From: Candidatus Bathyarchaeota archaeon
Lineage (GTDB): Archaea; Thermoproteota; Bathyarchaeia; Bathyarchaeales; Bathycorpusculaceae
DNA: 64,000 nucleotides
Direction of reading: 5' to 3'
Assembly (NCBI GenBank): GCA_963782525.1
Contig: CAWAKC010000002.1
Span: 52,443 to 116,442, forward strand
How positions within the stretch are numbered: position 1 is the stretch's first letter; each line of letters starts with the position of its first letter. The position numbers and the translations under genes are program-made. Below the pieces are notes generated by a model. The model was not told the DNA's origin. It saw nothing but the letters and a program-made list of their open reading frames with translations, and ran no database searches. Of the stretch, positions 1 through 9,671 are shown piece by piece.

Positions 1-70
1 GGCTGGATCAACGTTGGCGGGACGCGGAGGCTATTTAGCCCAAGCAAACAACCTTGACGCATCTGCACCA
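1..70 (+). ncRNA. possible 3' end of archaeal SRP (7S) RNA, truncated by window edge
   Basis: GC-rich stretch with GGATCAACG followed about 55 nt later by ACCTTGACGCATCTGCACCA and a T-run at 105-112. This resembles the post-helix-8 3' strand of archaeal SRP RNA as I recall it; diagnostic helix 8 is not in the window. Confidence 0.35.
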
Positions 71-387
71 AAACGTGCTTTGATCCCCAAACGTTTACTC
101 CCCCTTTTTTTAAAGTATTCAATATTTAGAAAACCAGAAATAAAATTTTGTTTTCAAAAAATGGCTATAGTAATTCAACCGATTACTCATTTAAAGCTCC
201 AGGTTTCGGGTTAGTATAATTGACTCTGATTCCGCAAGTTGCATAGCAGTCTTTGCCATCCCAAGAATTGACTGTGACAACCTGTGGAACATTTAGTTTT
301 TGTACATATTCGGCAAGAAATTGTCTTCTGCGACACAGAACCCTTTTATCGTCCAATGTAAACCCTCGTCCTAAAGATGCAGTTCAA

Positions 388-540
388 ATGGTCAAATGCC
401 CAAGATGCCAAAAAGAATTCGCTAAACTAAAAAGTAGTCATGAAAGCGATTATTTCTCATTGAAATACTACTCTTGCGATAACTGCAGCCACATTTTCAA
501 AGTAGCCCGCGTTAAATATCCAACCAGTCTAAAGTTATAA
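388..540 (+). CDS. small zinc-ribbon protein (50 aa, CPRC...CDNC)
   Basis: MVKCPRC...YYSCDNC has two CxxC pairs. ATG 388 is preferred over the track start at 253; TATA-like CTTTTAT at ~343-349. Confidence 0.6.
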   Translation: MVKCPRCQKEFAKLKSSHESDYFSLKYYSCDNCSHIFKVARVKYPTSLKL

Positions 541-602
541 AAAACATCATAACAAAAAAGCAATAAAGCTTTTATTTTAAGAGGAACATATTCTTCTTAG
601 CC

Positions 603-680
603 ATGAAGAACCAAAAGAAGAACCGCAAAGAGCGACGCAAAGAAATCCTGGCTGAAGTTCTGGATCAACAAAGTCTTTAG
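603..680 (+). CDS. 25-aa basic microprotein MKNQKKNRKERRKEILAEVLDQQSL
   Basis: ATG lies ~25 nt after the TATA-like AAAGCTTTTATTTTAA, which fits a leaderless transcript; not in ORF track. Confidence 0.35.
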   Translation: MKNQKKNRKERRKEILAEVLDQQSL

Positions 681-911
681 CGGTTAGTAAATATTAATCT
701 TCAAAGAAGAGCTGGCCTTGAAGTTCTGACAAAGGATATGGATAGTCAATATGCTATCTTATCCCTTTGAAAGCGGAGGGCGTTTAGAAAGTTCTTGCAT
801 CTGTGATATGATGTAGCGATTCTTCTTAGGCGTCAAGGTTTTGCGGTGTTTGCTGTTTTTTCTATGTATTCTTTGATTTCGTACTGTAGGCTGGGTGCAG
901 GTGACGTTGAA

Positions 912-1034
912 TTATGTGTAAATTTGTTGTGGTTCCATGCCTGGGTAATGTTTTGAATGGCAGTCTTCTTTTGGGCATCCTTCGCAGCTGCTAAAGTCGC
1001 CTTTTTGGCACGGTAGTGTATATGAGCGATCCAA
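912..1034 (-). CDS. 40-aa Cys-rich microprotein (C-x7-C-x2-C-x4-C)
   Basis: Hand translation MDRSYTLPCQKGDFSSCEGCPKEDCHSKHYPGMEPQQIYT from TTG; AGGAAGTGA upstream and TTTTAAG TATA-like box at ~1092-1098. Confidence 0.45.
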   Translation of the reverse strand: MDRSYTLPCQKGDFSSCEGCPKEDCHSKHYPGMEPQQIYT

Positions 1035-1390
1035 TATCTGTCACTTCCTTTTTAGTTAGTATTATATGTCATGTCTTGCTATACCAAGATGCTTAAAAGA
1101 TTTGCTATCTCTGAAATAATATTAACCATATCTCAGGACGGTTTGTTGACTTTTAGGCGTTAAAGCTGGGAATTGTTTAGTTAATATTAGATATTTTTCT
1201 GAGACGGTGGCTTTTATGCAGGTACATTGATTTAAACGCGTAAAAAAATGCTTGGTCTATTATTTGCGGATTAAAACTGCAGATTGTCTAATTTCGTTTT
1301 TTTGCGCTTCTGTTTTTCGCTAATTGCTTAGGAATATTTTGCATAGCTTTAAAAACATTGTACGTCCTAACGATGTTTAGGGGGAACTCT

Positions 1391-1629
1391 TTGGATAGGG
1401 TAGAGGTTATGGCTCTCTTGAAGGAATTAATTGCTGGTAACATGGTAATCCCTCTTTTGTTAGCTTGTCACAAAGAATGCCCAACCATTATCAGCTTCAG
1501 ATAAAAAGCGATTATTATAGATCAGAATTAGAAGAGTATGCAAAAAAATTCGGCTTAAGCATTGAGGAGAATAAAGAACAAAAATACATAGTTATTTCAA
1601 GCCACAAAAAATTTTTTTTGATTTTATAG
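1391..1629 (+). pseudogene. frameshifted small hypothetical protein (~79 aa)
   Basis: TTG after AGGGGGAA. MDRVEVMALLKELIAGNMVIP continues, after a 1-nt shift at ~1451-1455, as SFVSLSQRMPNHYQLQIKSDYYRSELEEYAKKFGLSIEENKEQKYIVISS; could be a sequencing indel. Confidence 0.45.
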
Positions 1630-2343
1630 CCAATTGAGTTCATATTTTCTCGGAGAAAATTAATGTTAAGCGGATTTAGCCATGCAGTCATAATTGATAA
1701 AACGCAAAAGGATGGGGAATATTTTAACCTGAATTAGCAGCCTAATCCACTTAGCGCTTTGTCTTGTTGGTTGAATCTTGCCTGTCAGCACCTATCGCTT
1801 TGTAACGACATAGACGAATGTTGTTGTATCTTGATGCAACAACTCTTACTTTTTTTCGGAGAATTATTTTCAGTTTAAAGAAATTAGACATCGCCTTGGC
1901 TTCTTTGATTTAGCAGCTGCACGATATTTTCCACAATATTGATAGGGACCATAAATTCATGTTGCACTTTTTTCTTGATGAAGGTTGCAGACATTCAGTT
2001 CAGGGCAACCCCCAAAAACATGACGAACCCTTTCCTTAAAAGCTCTCATAACTTTATTTCCTACTTCTCAAACTCTGCGTTTGCATATTTTTAAAGCGTG
2101 TTTCGAATATTGGAATATGATAGGATAAAAAAAACTAGTATTCTGCAAGACTTCTTGATGGTTAAAAGCTTCCCTGATTAGTTCACTATATTGTTGATAG
2201 TTACTTTCTGAGGGTATTTTCACTTTTTAAGATGGATTACCTGCTCACAATTGGTGAATATGGATGTTGTCTCCTTTACGCACCAACATACTGTCTTATA
2301 GTTTCTTTTCTTAAGTAATTTGAAGTTGAGCTGGAGAGATAGT

Positions 2344-2451
2344 ATGGTAAAATGTCCGCTATGTGATGAAGAAGTCGGAATATCTGTTAAGTCTCTAAAA
2401 AATGCTCAATTCTATGGAGATGTTGTTTATGTTTTATACCCAGCATTGTGA
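2344..2451 (+). pseudogene. truncated zinc-ribbon paralog (MVKCPLC..., second CxxC missing)
   Basis: GGAGAG SD then MVKCPLCDEEVG, matching the start of 388..540; overlaps the start of the next large ORF. Confidence 0.35.
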
Positions 2452-4381
2452 TTTTTATTTTGCAATTCATGAAAATGGATTTAACGACGCGATAAACCTG
2501 GCAATGAAATTCTTGCCATCCTTCTTCAACTACACAGACAAAACTAATTTCAATTCAAATGTCGCCTGCGTTCCAATCAATCCAGACCCAAGCGTAACCG
2601 CACATGGCGATCCAATCGTATCGAAAATTTATCCTCCTAACGGTATTTATCAATCATTTCTTATACAATTCCCGCAGACACCTATCCCACTAACGCCGCT
2701 AACTATTCAATTACCACAAAATTCCCTCAATTATATTTTTCAACTAACAAAGCTACAAGTGGATTTTAGTCCTGGAAATGTTATTTCACTTCCAACAACA
2801 GTTCCACACCCGTTACCTGCTCAGAATCTTGCCATACATGCAGCTGTGGCTTTGGGGCTTTCTTGTCCTGATAACTCGGAGCTAATAAATTGCTTCTTGA
2901 TAGACTTGTTTACTGAACTCTCACTCAAGAATTCTTCTTCGCCAAAGTTCCTTGATGTAAAAATGAAAGCTTTGGATATTCCCGAGTTAAAGCCAGACGG
3001 GCTGAGGAAGATTCTCGACTGTTATGCAATGTTTTTGACAAACGAAGTCTTTAGTTGGCTGAGCCTTCAGATAGATAACCTAGTTTCCAATCCGCTCCCC
3101 TTCACCCCCGGTGGCGTAATAAATAATATTCAAATCACTCCAGCTTCAATTCCAAACCAGAATAATCCGGCGCTTGAAAATGATCAGCTGAAATTATTTA
3201 TGAATTTAACATCCCTAGACCTAAACTATGCTGGTGTATCTGTAGCCTCAAGTGGACCAAGCTCAAGCTTGTTACCCCCTGTCTCAAAGTCTCTACGCAG
3301 TAGACCAGGAAGCGGACCTAGTGACTTCACAATTGCAATATCCAGTGGAACGTTTAACAAGATACTGGCTGACATCATAAGTGGATTAACGATTTTTGAA
3401 GTTCCAGCGCCATCTGGAGTTTACAACCCCGTACACCCATTCTCTAATCAACCCTGGGGTAAGTTTGATTCGCCCCCAATTCACATACAGTACAAAGTAG
3501 GAGTTCAACTTACCGGCGGAACAATAAGCCTGAAAGATCCCTTGGTTGGGCAGCCAAACGGTTCGATTCAAGTTGATAACTTGCAGATGCTGTGGGACGA
3601 ACTAAAGTTTCAGATTTCTATCGACTTGCCGCCATTTACCGTCGGAGGCATCCATACCGCTGCAGTGACTATCCCCAACCCATTTGGTGGCACCATAACT
3701 CTCATCCCTGCAATCGACTGGCCCGGACTGACGTTTCCAGGAGGGACCATTCAGATACCACTAATAGATCTTAGCCCACTGAATTTAGTCAGCGAAGCCA
3801 GCTTCTCAGCGGAACCAGTTGTTTATTATGGTACGGGTAACCCATCAAATAATTTGTGCCCGAATAGATGGCAGTTCTACGTTGTACCTCAAGTTCCGAT
3901 ATTCGTCTGGCCAGTGTTCAGTTTCAATCTCACCAATGCAATTAAAGCAGGAATAAACCAATATTTCAACGACTTACTCGGAAATAACCCGGGCCCAGTT
4001 GTGGATGCAATAAAAGCTGCTCTAACCGCTGTTCTAACAGGCGCATCTGCTTTTCTATCGGATATCTTCACAGATATAGATTCGGTCACTCAAACTATCG
4101 CGGACATGATTCTCAACGACATCCCTGGAATTAAACAGGCTCTCGACAAGCTACTTCTCAACTATTTCACCAGCCAAGCACCGATACTCGAACTAACCGA
4201 TCCATTGATAGGACCAAGCCCCACATCGCAGAATTGGGGATCAAGCCCGCTTGCTTCAATTAACCTACCCGTCAGTGGCAGCATCGGTCCAGCGAAAATT
4301 ATCCTCCCAATCCCGATCCCATATCTTGGAGTAACCGTTAATTCAAAAGAAATGGTGCTTGAAGGAGATATAGGACAATGA
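2429..4381 (+). CDS. large Pro/Ile-rich hypothetical protein (~650 aa)
   Basis: Long ORF (track 2402..4381); GGAGA SD precedes ATG 2429 (MFYTQHCDFYFAIHENG); no recognisable catalytic motif or signal peptide. Confidence 0.75.
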   Translation: MFYTQHCDFYFAIHENGFNDAINLAMKFLPSFFNYTDKTNFNSNVACVPINPDPSVTAHGDPIVSKIYPPNGIYQSFLIQFPQTPIPLTPLTIQLPQNSLNYIFQLTKLQVDFSPGNVISLPTTVPHPLPAQNLAIHAAVALGLSCPDNSELINCFLIDLFTELSLKNSSSPKFLDVKMKALDIPELKPDGLRKILDCYAMFLTNEVFSWLSLQIDNLVSNPLPFTPGGVINNIQITPASIPNQNNPALENDQLKLFMNLTSLDLNYAGVSVASSGPSSSLLPPVSKSLRSRPGSGPSDFTIAISSGTFNKILADIISGLTIFEVPAPSGVYNPVHPFSNQPWGKFDSPPIHIQYKVGVQLTGGTISLKDPLVGQPNGSIQVDNLQMLWDELKFQISIDLPPFTVGGIHTAAVTIPNPFGGTITLIPAIDWPGLTFPGGTIQIPLIDLSPLNLVSEASFSAEPVVYYGTGNPSNNLCPNRWQFYVVPQVPIFVWPVFSFNLTNAIKAGINQYFNDLLGNNPGPVVDAIKAALTAVLTGASAFLSDIFTDIDSVTQTIADMILNDIPGIKQALDKLLLNYFTSQAPILELTDPLIGPSPTSQNWGSSPLASINLPVSGSIGPAKIILPIPIPYLGVTVNSKEMVLEGDIGQ

Positions 4382-4521
4382 TCGCTCTGGCAGCTTCTCC
4401 TATTTCTATTTATGCGCTTTTACCAATGATACTACTGAAAAATAACAGCTTCGATTTTTTCTATCGATGTTTTGGAGCTAAGAATAAATCGGTAAAAAAA
4501 AACTAATTACAGGCGTTTTTT

Positions 4522-5085
4522 ATGTCTAAAGAAAATAAAACAGTTAAAGACCATGAAATTTTGAAGAAGAGCGAAGTACCCATTAGCAAGAAAGAAACAA
4601 AATTATCCATAAAACCCTCAAAAAAACAAGCAACCACAACACAAGTTCAGCCACAAGACCTCTGGCAAGCTTTTGACGATACCTTTGCACGCTTCAGAAC
4701 CGACTTTGAAGACCTCCTTTTTCCAGCTAATTGGCCTGAAGCATTCTCGTTTGTCCCAGAAATCAGAGTTCCGACAGTAGATCTAAAAGACGGAGAAAAA
4801 GAGTACAACTTAAAAGCAGAGATGCCTGGATTTAAGAAACAAGATATCGAAATTGAAGTACAAGCTGATGCAATAGCGATAACGGGAACTGCAGGCTGGA
4901 AATACGCTGAGAAAGGTCAACTATACATATGCAAAGAACGCGCATGCAAGACATTCTACAGAAGAATCGAGCTGGCTGAAGAAATAAAGGTCGAAGAAGT
5001 CAACGCCAACTTGTCAGACGGTGTACTAGAGATAACTCTTCCTAAAAAAACAATAAAAGAAAAACGAAAGGTAACTGTAAAATAA
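4522..5085 (+). CDS. Hsp20/alpha-crystallin small heat-shock protein
   Basis: PTVDLKD...KAEMPGFKKQDIEIEV...FYRRIEL...ANLSDGVLEITLPK plus C-terminal VTV (IxI-like) motif. Confidence 0.93.
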   Translation: MSKENKTVKDHEILKKSEVPISKKETKLSIKPSKKQATTTQVQPQDLWQAFDDTFARFRTDFEDLLFPANWPEAFSFVPEIRVPTVDLKDGEKEYNLKAEMPGFKKQDIEIEVQADAIAITGTAGWKYAEKGQLYICKERACKTFYRRIELAEEIKVEEVNANLSDGVLEITLPKKTIKEKRKVTVK

Positions 5086-5556
5086 ACTTGCAAATTCAGT
5101 ATTCAATAACAGTTGCAAATGATTGGTCTTTTTTCTTTTTAATGAAACAATTTTGAGAGAAGAAGTGGCAATTCAGCAGTCTTCTTCTACTCGTTAGTGA
5201 TTATTCGCAGCTGGACTTTTGGTTTAAGTTGAAAGAAGAAAAAAATTTAATTTTTCCCTAATAGCAATTTTTCTTATTGTAGGCTTGTACGATTTAGTCA
5301 AAACCTGTAATAATCGAGATGCTTTCATCGCAAAGATGTTTAAAACCTTTACAAGCTCCAAATAAATACGTCGTTTTCAGAGCTCTTTTACCAATCCAAT
5401 TATTCAAGCCAATACCTGATAGTTCGCCTTTTAAAATCTACTAATCAGTTTTAGGTTTTTCTGAAGCGCTTGGTTGGTTGCTTGTTGTAGTGGCGAGACT
5501 ACAGCATGATCTTATATCGTCAATCATCACTCTTAATATATTGGTGAATTGACCTT

Positions 5557-5892
5557 TTGGAGAAGATAAATTTGAACAAAAAAATTTTTCATGGAGCCAT
5601 TCTTGAAAGCATACTGCTCAACCTAATAAACGAAACCTCGGACCAAGGTTTACATGGTTATGCAATCTTAAAGATGATGCAAAAAAAGTATGGAGTTAAT
5701 TTGGGTTCTTCTGCAATATATCCTGAACTTGGGTGTCTAGAAAGAAGGGGACTTGTAGCTTCAAGCTGGGTGTTTTCGTTTGAAAAAGCCCAGAAGAAAT
5801 ATCGAATAACACGGAAAGGCCAGACTCTTTTGAAGGAATATTTTGTGGAGTTAAGAGCAGTTATTCCAGTTTTGGTTACGTGTAAAGTGTAG
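5557..5892 (+). CDS. PadR-family transcriptional regulator
   Basis: HGYAILK...SSAIYPELGCLERRGLV...KKYRITRKG. Confidence 0.88.
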   Translation: MEKINLNKKIFHGAILESILLNLINETSDQGLHGYAILKMMQKKYGVNLGSSAIYPELGCLERRGLVASSWVFSFEKAQKKYRITRKGQTLLKEYFVELRAVIPVLVTCKV

Positions 5893-6181
5893 GTGAATAG
5901 AAACAATTTTGGCAAAAACAGTTTACAAAAGAAAGATAAGTCATCCTCCGCTAAAACGTCTTGATTGATTGCCAGAAGCATTTTTTAATATTGTTAACCC
6001 AAAAATCGAGAAAGGCTACATAATGATTCACGTTTTATCATTTATCACAAAGATTATGCGTTTGAGCAAAGAAACTAATTGGCTTTCGACAGTTGCACGG
6101 ATTTTTTGTAATAATACTTGAAATAAATAAAACTTATATAGTAATAGTTAAGTAATCAGATTGCAGTAGTGGGTCCTCTCT

Positions 6182-6409
6182 ATGGTAAAAACTACCGGCA
6201 GAAAAAAGCGTAGTAAACTCACAGTCGCAATACTTTCCCCAATTCTCTTAATTGTTTTCATAGTAGGTTGGGTGCTTTTCATAACGGGGCAATCAAGACA
6301 TCAAAAGGTGAAACAAACACAAAAACCAATCAAAAGTACATCCGTTTCTCAAGACAATGTTGAGTTAATTGTGATTCCCACCGAAGAAGAAATCCAGATC
6401 CAGGAATAA
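6182..6409 (+). CDS. small single-pass membrane protein
   Basis: Basic N-terminus, one hydrophobic helix (ILSPILLIVFIVGWVLFITG); TATA AAACTTATATA at ~6130-6140. Confidence 0.7.
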   Translation: MVKTTGRKKRSKLTVAILSPILLIVFIVGWVLFITGQSRHQKVKQTQKPIKSTSVSQDNVELIVIPTEEEIQIQE

Positions 6410-6690
6410 TAGGAACTTCATCTACAAATAATTAGAATTCGAATCCAGACCGTACAAAAACTAAAACTAATAAGCGACTAATTCTTATTCGCATAAAATG
6501 ATCTTGATACATGGGACAATTAATTAAGGCAAAAGGCAAGATTAGCGCTGGCACTATTAGCTCCCTTTTCTAAAGCTAAAGTAGCTAGCTCTTTAGCTAA
6601 CCTCCATCTGAGGAAACCGAATTGGGGCGCAACCAAGCTTACTTTAGAAAATGTTGTCACACATTAAGGCAACAAAATTGAGCACATTGG

Positions 6691-6846
6691 CTAAAGCTTG
6701 CTGTGCCAAGTGATCCTGATTTTTTTTATTTGATTGTTCTTTCTTTTGTCTGTCCATGACGAAAGGCATAATCCAACTAGAAAGATGGGCCCAAGAAGAG
6801 GTAACATGACAAATTTGATTATTCCGTTCATTTTCAAAGCGTCCAT
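6691..6846 (-). CDS. small single-pass membrane protein, probable paralog of 6182..6409
   Basis: Hand translation MDALKMNGIIKFVMLPLLGPIFLVGLCLSSWTDKRKNNQIKKIRITWHSKL; TATA-like AAAAGTTTTATCT upstream on minus strand. Confidence 0.5.
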   Translation of the reverse strand: MDALKMNGIIKFVMLPLLGPIFLVGLCLSSWTDKRKNNQIKKIRITWHSKL

Positions 6847-7574
6847 TCCCCCAGTAGCGATTATTATCAAACTTAAGATAAAACTTTTTGCAAAGCCCGC
6901 TTCGCTAATTTGTCAAGTCTTGCACAATATCCATTAAAAGCAATCAGATCATAGATCAATCCTAAAAAAGTGAAAATTTTCAAATTAAGTATTTTTCAAC
7001 TGAAAATTTGTCTTAAAAACTTTGGATTTTTAAATTAATCAAATAAATGAGGCGAATAGTTGTTGAACTTAATCGCGAAAATTGAACGGGGGCTTTCAGT
7101 TGTCGTAATCGCGCCCTCGCTTGAGCTCGAAAACAAAGAACGAGCTGGAAGGCTCGAAGAAATGAAAATTATCAAAAAAACAAAAGTTACAATTTGACTT
7201 TTGACTCATTATGTTTTTGTAATATGGATGTATATAGTATCTTAGCTCTCGTTTCTTAAAGTACGAGCGGATGAAAGAAATGACAATCATGTACTTTTAG
7301 AAAACATATAATCAAAAATAAAGGTGTTGAACCATTTGACCCAAAAAACTACAGATGGAATTCGAAAACTATTATCTGAGCTAATATAGATTTCGAATAT
7401 GCAGAAAATCAAGAATTGAATGATTCCCTTCCAAAAATACTTCAAACCTGCCCCTTTACATAAGATGTGTGCACAAAATTAAGATGCCTCGAATGCACAA
7501 ACTTTAGTTAAATAAGTAGATTTTGATCTGAAAAAAAATCAAAGAAGGATGCTAAACTTTCTTTGATTTCGCTG

Positions 7575-8117
7575 TTATTGTTCTATAGTGGTTATAGCGG
7601 TTTCGAAGCTAAAGTTAGTTATGTCGACTATTGTGGGTTCCACTTTTAGTGTTAATTCTATTGGAATTACCTCACCTGTTCTGAGAATTTGTCCAGCATA
7701 ATTCCAGTTTAGAGAAATGTATCTCGACGTAGCAGATGGAGTCCACGTTAATGTGTTCAACTCTAACGTAACAGCTGAATTACATTCGTCCCTGACATAA
7801 ACTGTCAAATTATTGCTTGAACTTAAATCTATTAGTCCCCAATTGAACGAAAGAGTTCTGTTTGTACAGGTTTGATCCCAGTAAACTCCGGCGCCTATTG
7901 CAATTACAGAATTTGCTTGGACAATACTTCTGTTTGAACCGAAGCCAGTGATGGCTGCACCGAGAACTATGATAATTAAAAGGCATAATGCGGCCAGTAA
8001 AGTTTTTTTGTTAAAATTGTTACTGCGTGGTATAGTGAACTTAACTTTCGGCTTTACCAATTGTGTTCTAATTTTGTTTTGTGATTCGTTAAGGTTTTTT
8101 CCTGTCACTCTAAACAA
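7575..8117 (-). CDS. membrane-anchored extracellular beta-sandwich hypothetical protein
   Basis: N-terminal TM helix, then GVYWDQTCTN...NWG...VYVRDE...LNWNYAG...ITNFSF beta-rich domain; true start probably downstream. Confidence 0.75.
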   Translation of the reverse strand: MFRVTGKNLNESQNKIRTQLVKPKVKFTIPRSNNFNKKTLLAALCLLIIIVLGAAITGFGSNRSIVQANSVIAIGAGVYWDQTCTNRTLSFNWGLIDLSSSNNLTVYVRDECNSAVTLELNTLTWTPSATSRYISLNWNYAGQILRTGEVIPIELTLKVEPTIVDITNFSFETAITTIEQ

Positions 8118-8401
8118 CTTCTATATTATGTCTTAATACATTGTATTGAATTGTGGCAATAAATAATGATGTGACTGCTAGGATGCAATCACAAATACGT
8201 TTCCAACAAACTCGACGATTTAAGCGATCAGGCGTCTTCATCCAACTGAGTCCAGTCCACTTTTCCAATAATCGCCTTTCGCCGAGAATGATCTTCTGAT
8301 TTTTTCTGCAATCCAAGAAGTATGAATTAATTTTTCCTTTTCATGTGTCTAAGAACTATTTGTCTTGTAAACTAAAAATCTCCGAAGATTGTCAAGGTTG
8401 A

Positions 8402-8716
8402 TTACTTTGGCTGCTTTATCTTGCTGGCTACAATTAGTACCTGCTCTGTCAAGTAAGTTTCCAACAAGGCCAGTCTATCTGGATCATCATTACCCTGCTT
8501 GTGCTCGGCAATATGATTCTGTATGGCCTTGTTCATGGCTTTTAAATCAGGCACAACTAAGATTTCACATCCGCAATAACATCGAATGGTGCACGTGTCC
8601 ATTTTGTGAGAAACGAATATACTTTTGTTGTCCTTATCGGAAGTTACGTAAACTTTTTGGATGCTTTTTTTGTAATGCTCGCTCACTTTACACTTGCCTT
8701 CTCTTGATTTAGACAA
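8402..8716 (-). CDS. small CxC-x19-H-x3-H putative zinc-binding protein (paralog 1)
   Basis: IRCYCGCEILVVPDLKAMNKAIQNHIAEH; motif shared with three other ORFs in the window. Confidence 0.8.
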   Translation of the reverse strand: MSKSREGKCKVSEHYKKSIQKVYVTSDKDNKSIFVSHKMDTCTIRCYCGCEILVVPDLKAMNKAIQNHIAEHKQGNDDPDRLALLETYLTEQVLIVASKIKQPK

Positions 8717-9110
8717 TCCGCAGACGGTTGGTTCATTTTCTCCGATATAAAACTTTTTGACGGGCTTTACAAAATCCAGATGGCAAATAGTTCTTAAAAG
8801 GAGTTAAAGTTGTCTTATTCCATTCAGGCACATAATTCTGGCATCTCATTGTCCTGTCCGACTTTAATATTCCCAGAAAGAGAATGCATCCGCAATAGAA
8901 TCATTCCCAATTTGCGGTCGTAGGCACTGTGCTGCCATCAAAATTTTTATATTATTAGTAGAATTAGATTCATTTTTTAACATTAATATTTTATTTGTTA
9001 ATAAAAAGCAAAATTGCTTGAATTGAACAACAGTAAAATAGCAATGTTTATAACATTCTGTCTTATAACATGCGGATATATATGATTGTATGAGGGGAAG
9101 GGAATCAAGT

Positions 9111-9440
9111 TTGAGACGATCAAAACTAGAAATGTACATTGATATCCTCAACGTTTTGGGTCATCGAGGACCATTAAAGTTGACCCATATCATGTATAAA
9201 GCCAACATAAACTGTAGCGTACTCAATGAATACATAGACTTCCTGATCAAACAAGACCTAATCCAAAAACGAACGATCCAAAAAGAACGCATAGTTTTTG
9301 AAATCACCCAACGCGGTATAAAAGTATTGAAGTACTTCCGAGAACTAGAACAAGCGCTGCCTATATCGGAAGAAACTCGAAAACAAACAACACCATTGCT
9401 CACCCAACGGACGAATCGCACTTCAAAGTTTTCGATCTAA
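9111..9440 (+). CDS. winged-helix transcriptional regulator, HTH_45/ArnR1-like (paralog 1)
   Basis: TTG start giving MRRSKLEMYIDIL...GPLKLTHIMYKANIN...FEITQRG; strongly similar to 12736..13065. Confidence 0.88.
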   Translation: MRRSKLEMYIDILNVLGHRGPLKLTHIMYKANINCSVLNEYIDFLIKQDLIQKRTIQKERIVFEITQRGIKVLKYFRELEQALPISEETRKQTTPLLTQRTNRTSKFSI

Positions 9441-9671
9441 TAAGCAAAAACCAAATTCTTTCTCGAATCGAGCCATACAATCAAGCCAAATATTTTTTAT
9501 TTCATATTTCAACATTTTCCAATAGTGAGAAAAACCCCGACAACCTTTTACTCTGGAAGGGCCAGATTTTGAAGGGTTTCATAGTTCTTTAAACGATGTA
9601 AATTGTTCTTCCAGTCACTTCATTTTTTGGAAGGAGGTCTAAAAAGAGGTTAACACTCAAGTAGCATTTTT

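Noticed and set aside
1-16. GGCTGGATCA resembles the 16S rRNA 3' end
   Set aside because: It is followed by ACGTTG, not the anti-SD CCTCC, so it is not 16S.
7060-7200. GC-richer patch with a possible 45-aa ORF or a tRNA-like GTTCAA fragment
   Set aside because: No cloverleaf can be built and the ORF has no supporting motif.
8110-8316. 68-aa minus-strand ORF
   Set aside because: Atypical composition, overlaps the neighbouring ORF, no motif support.
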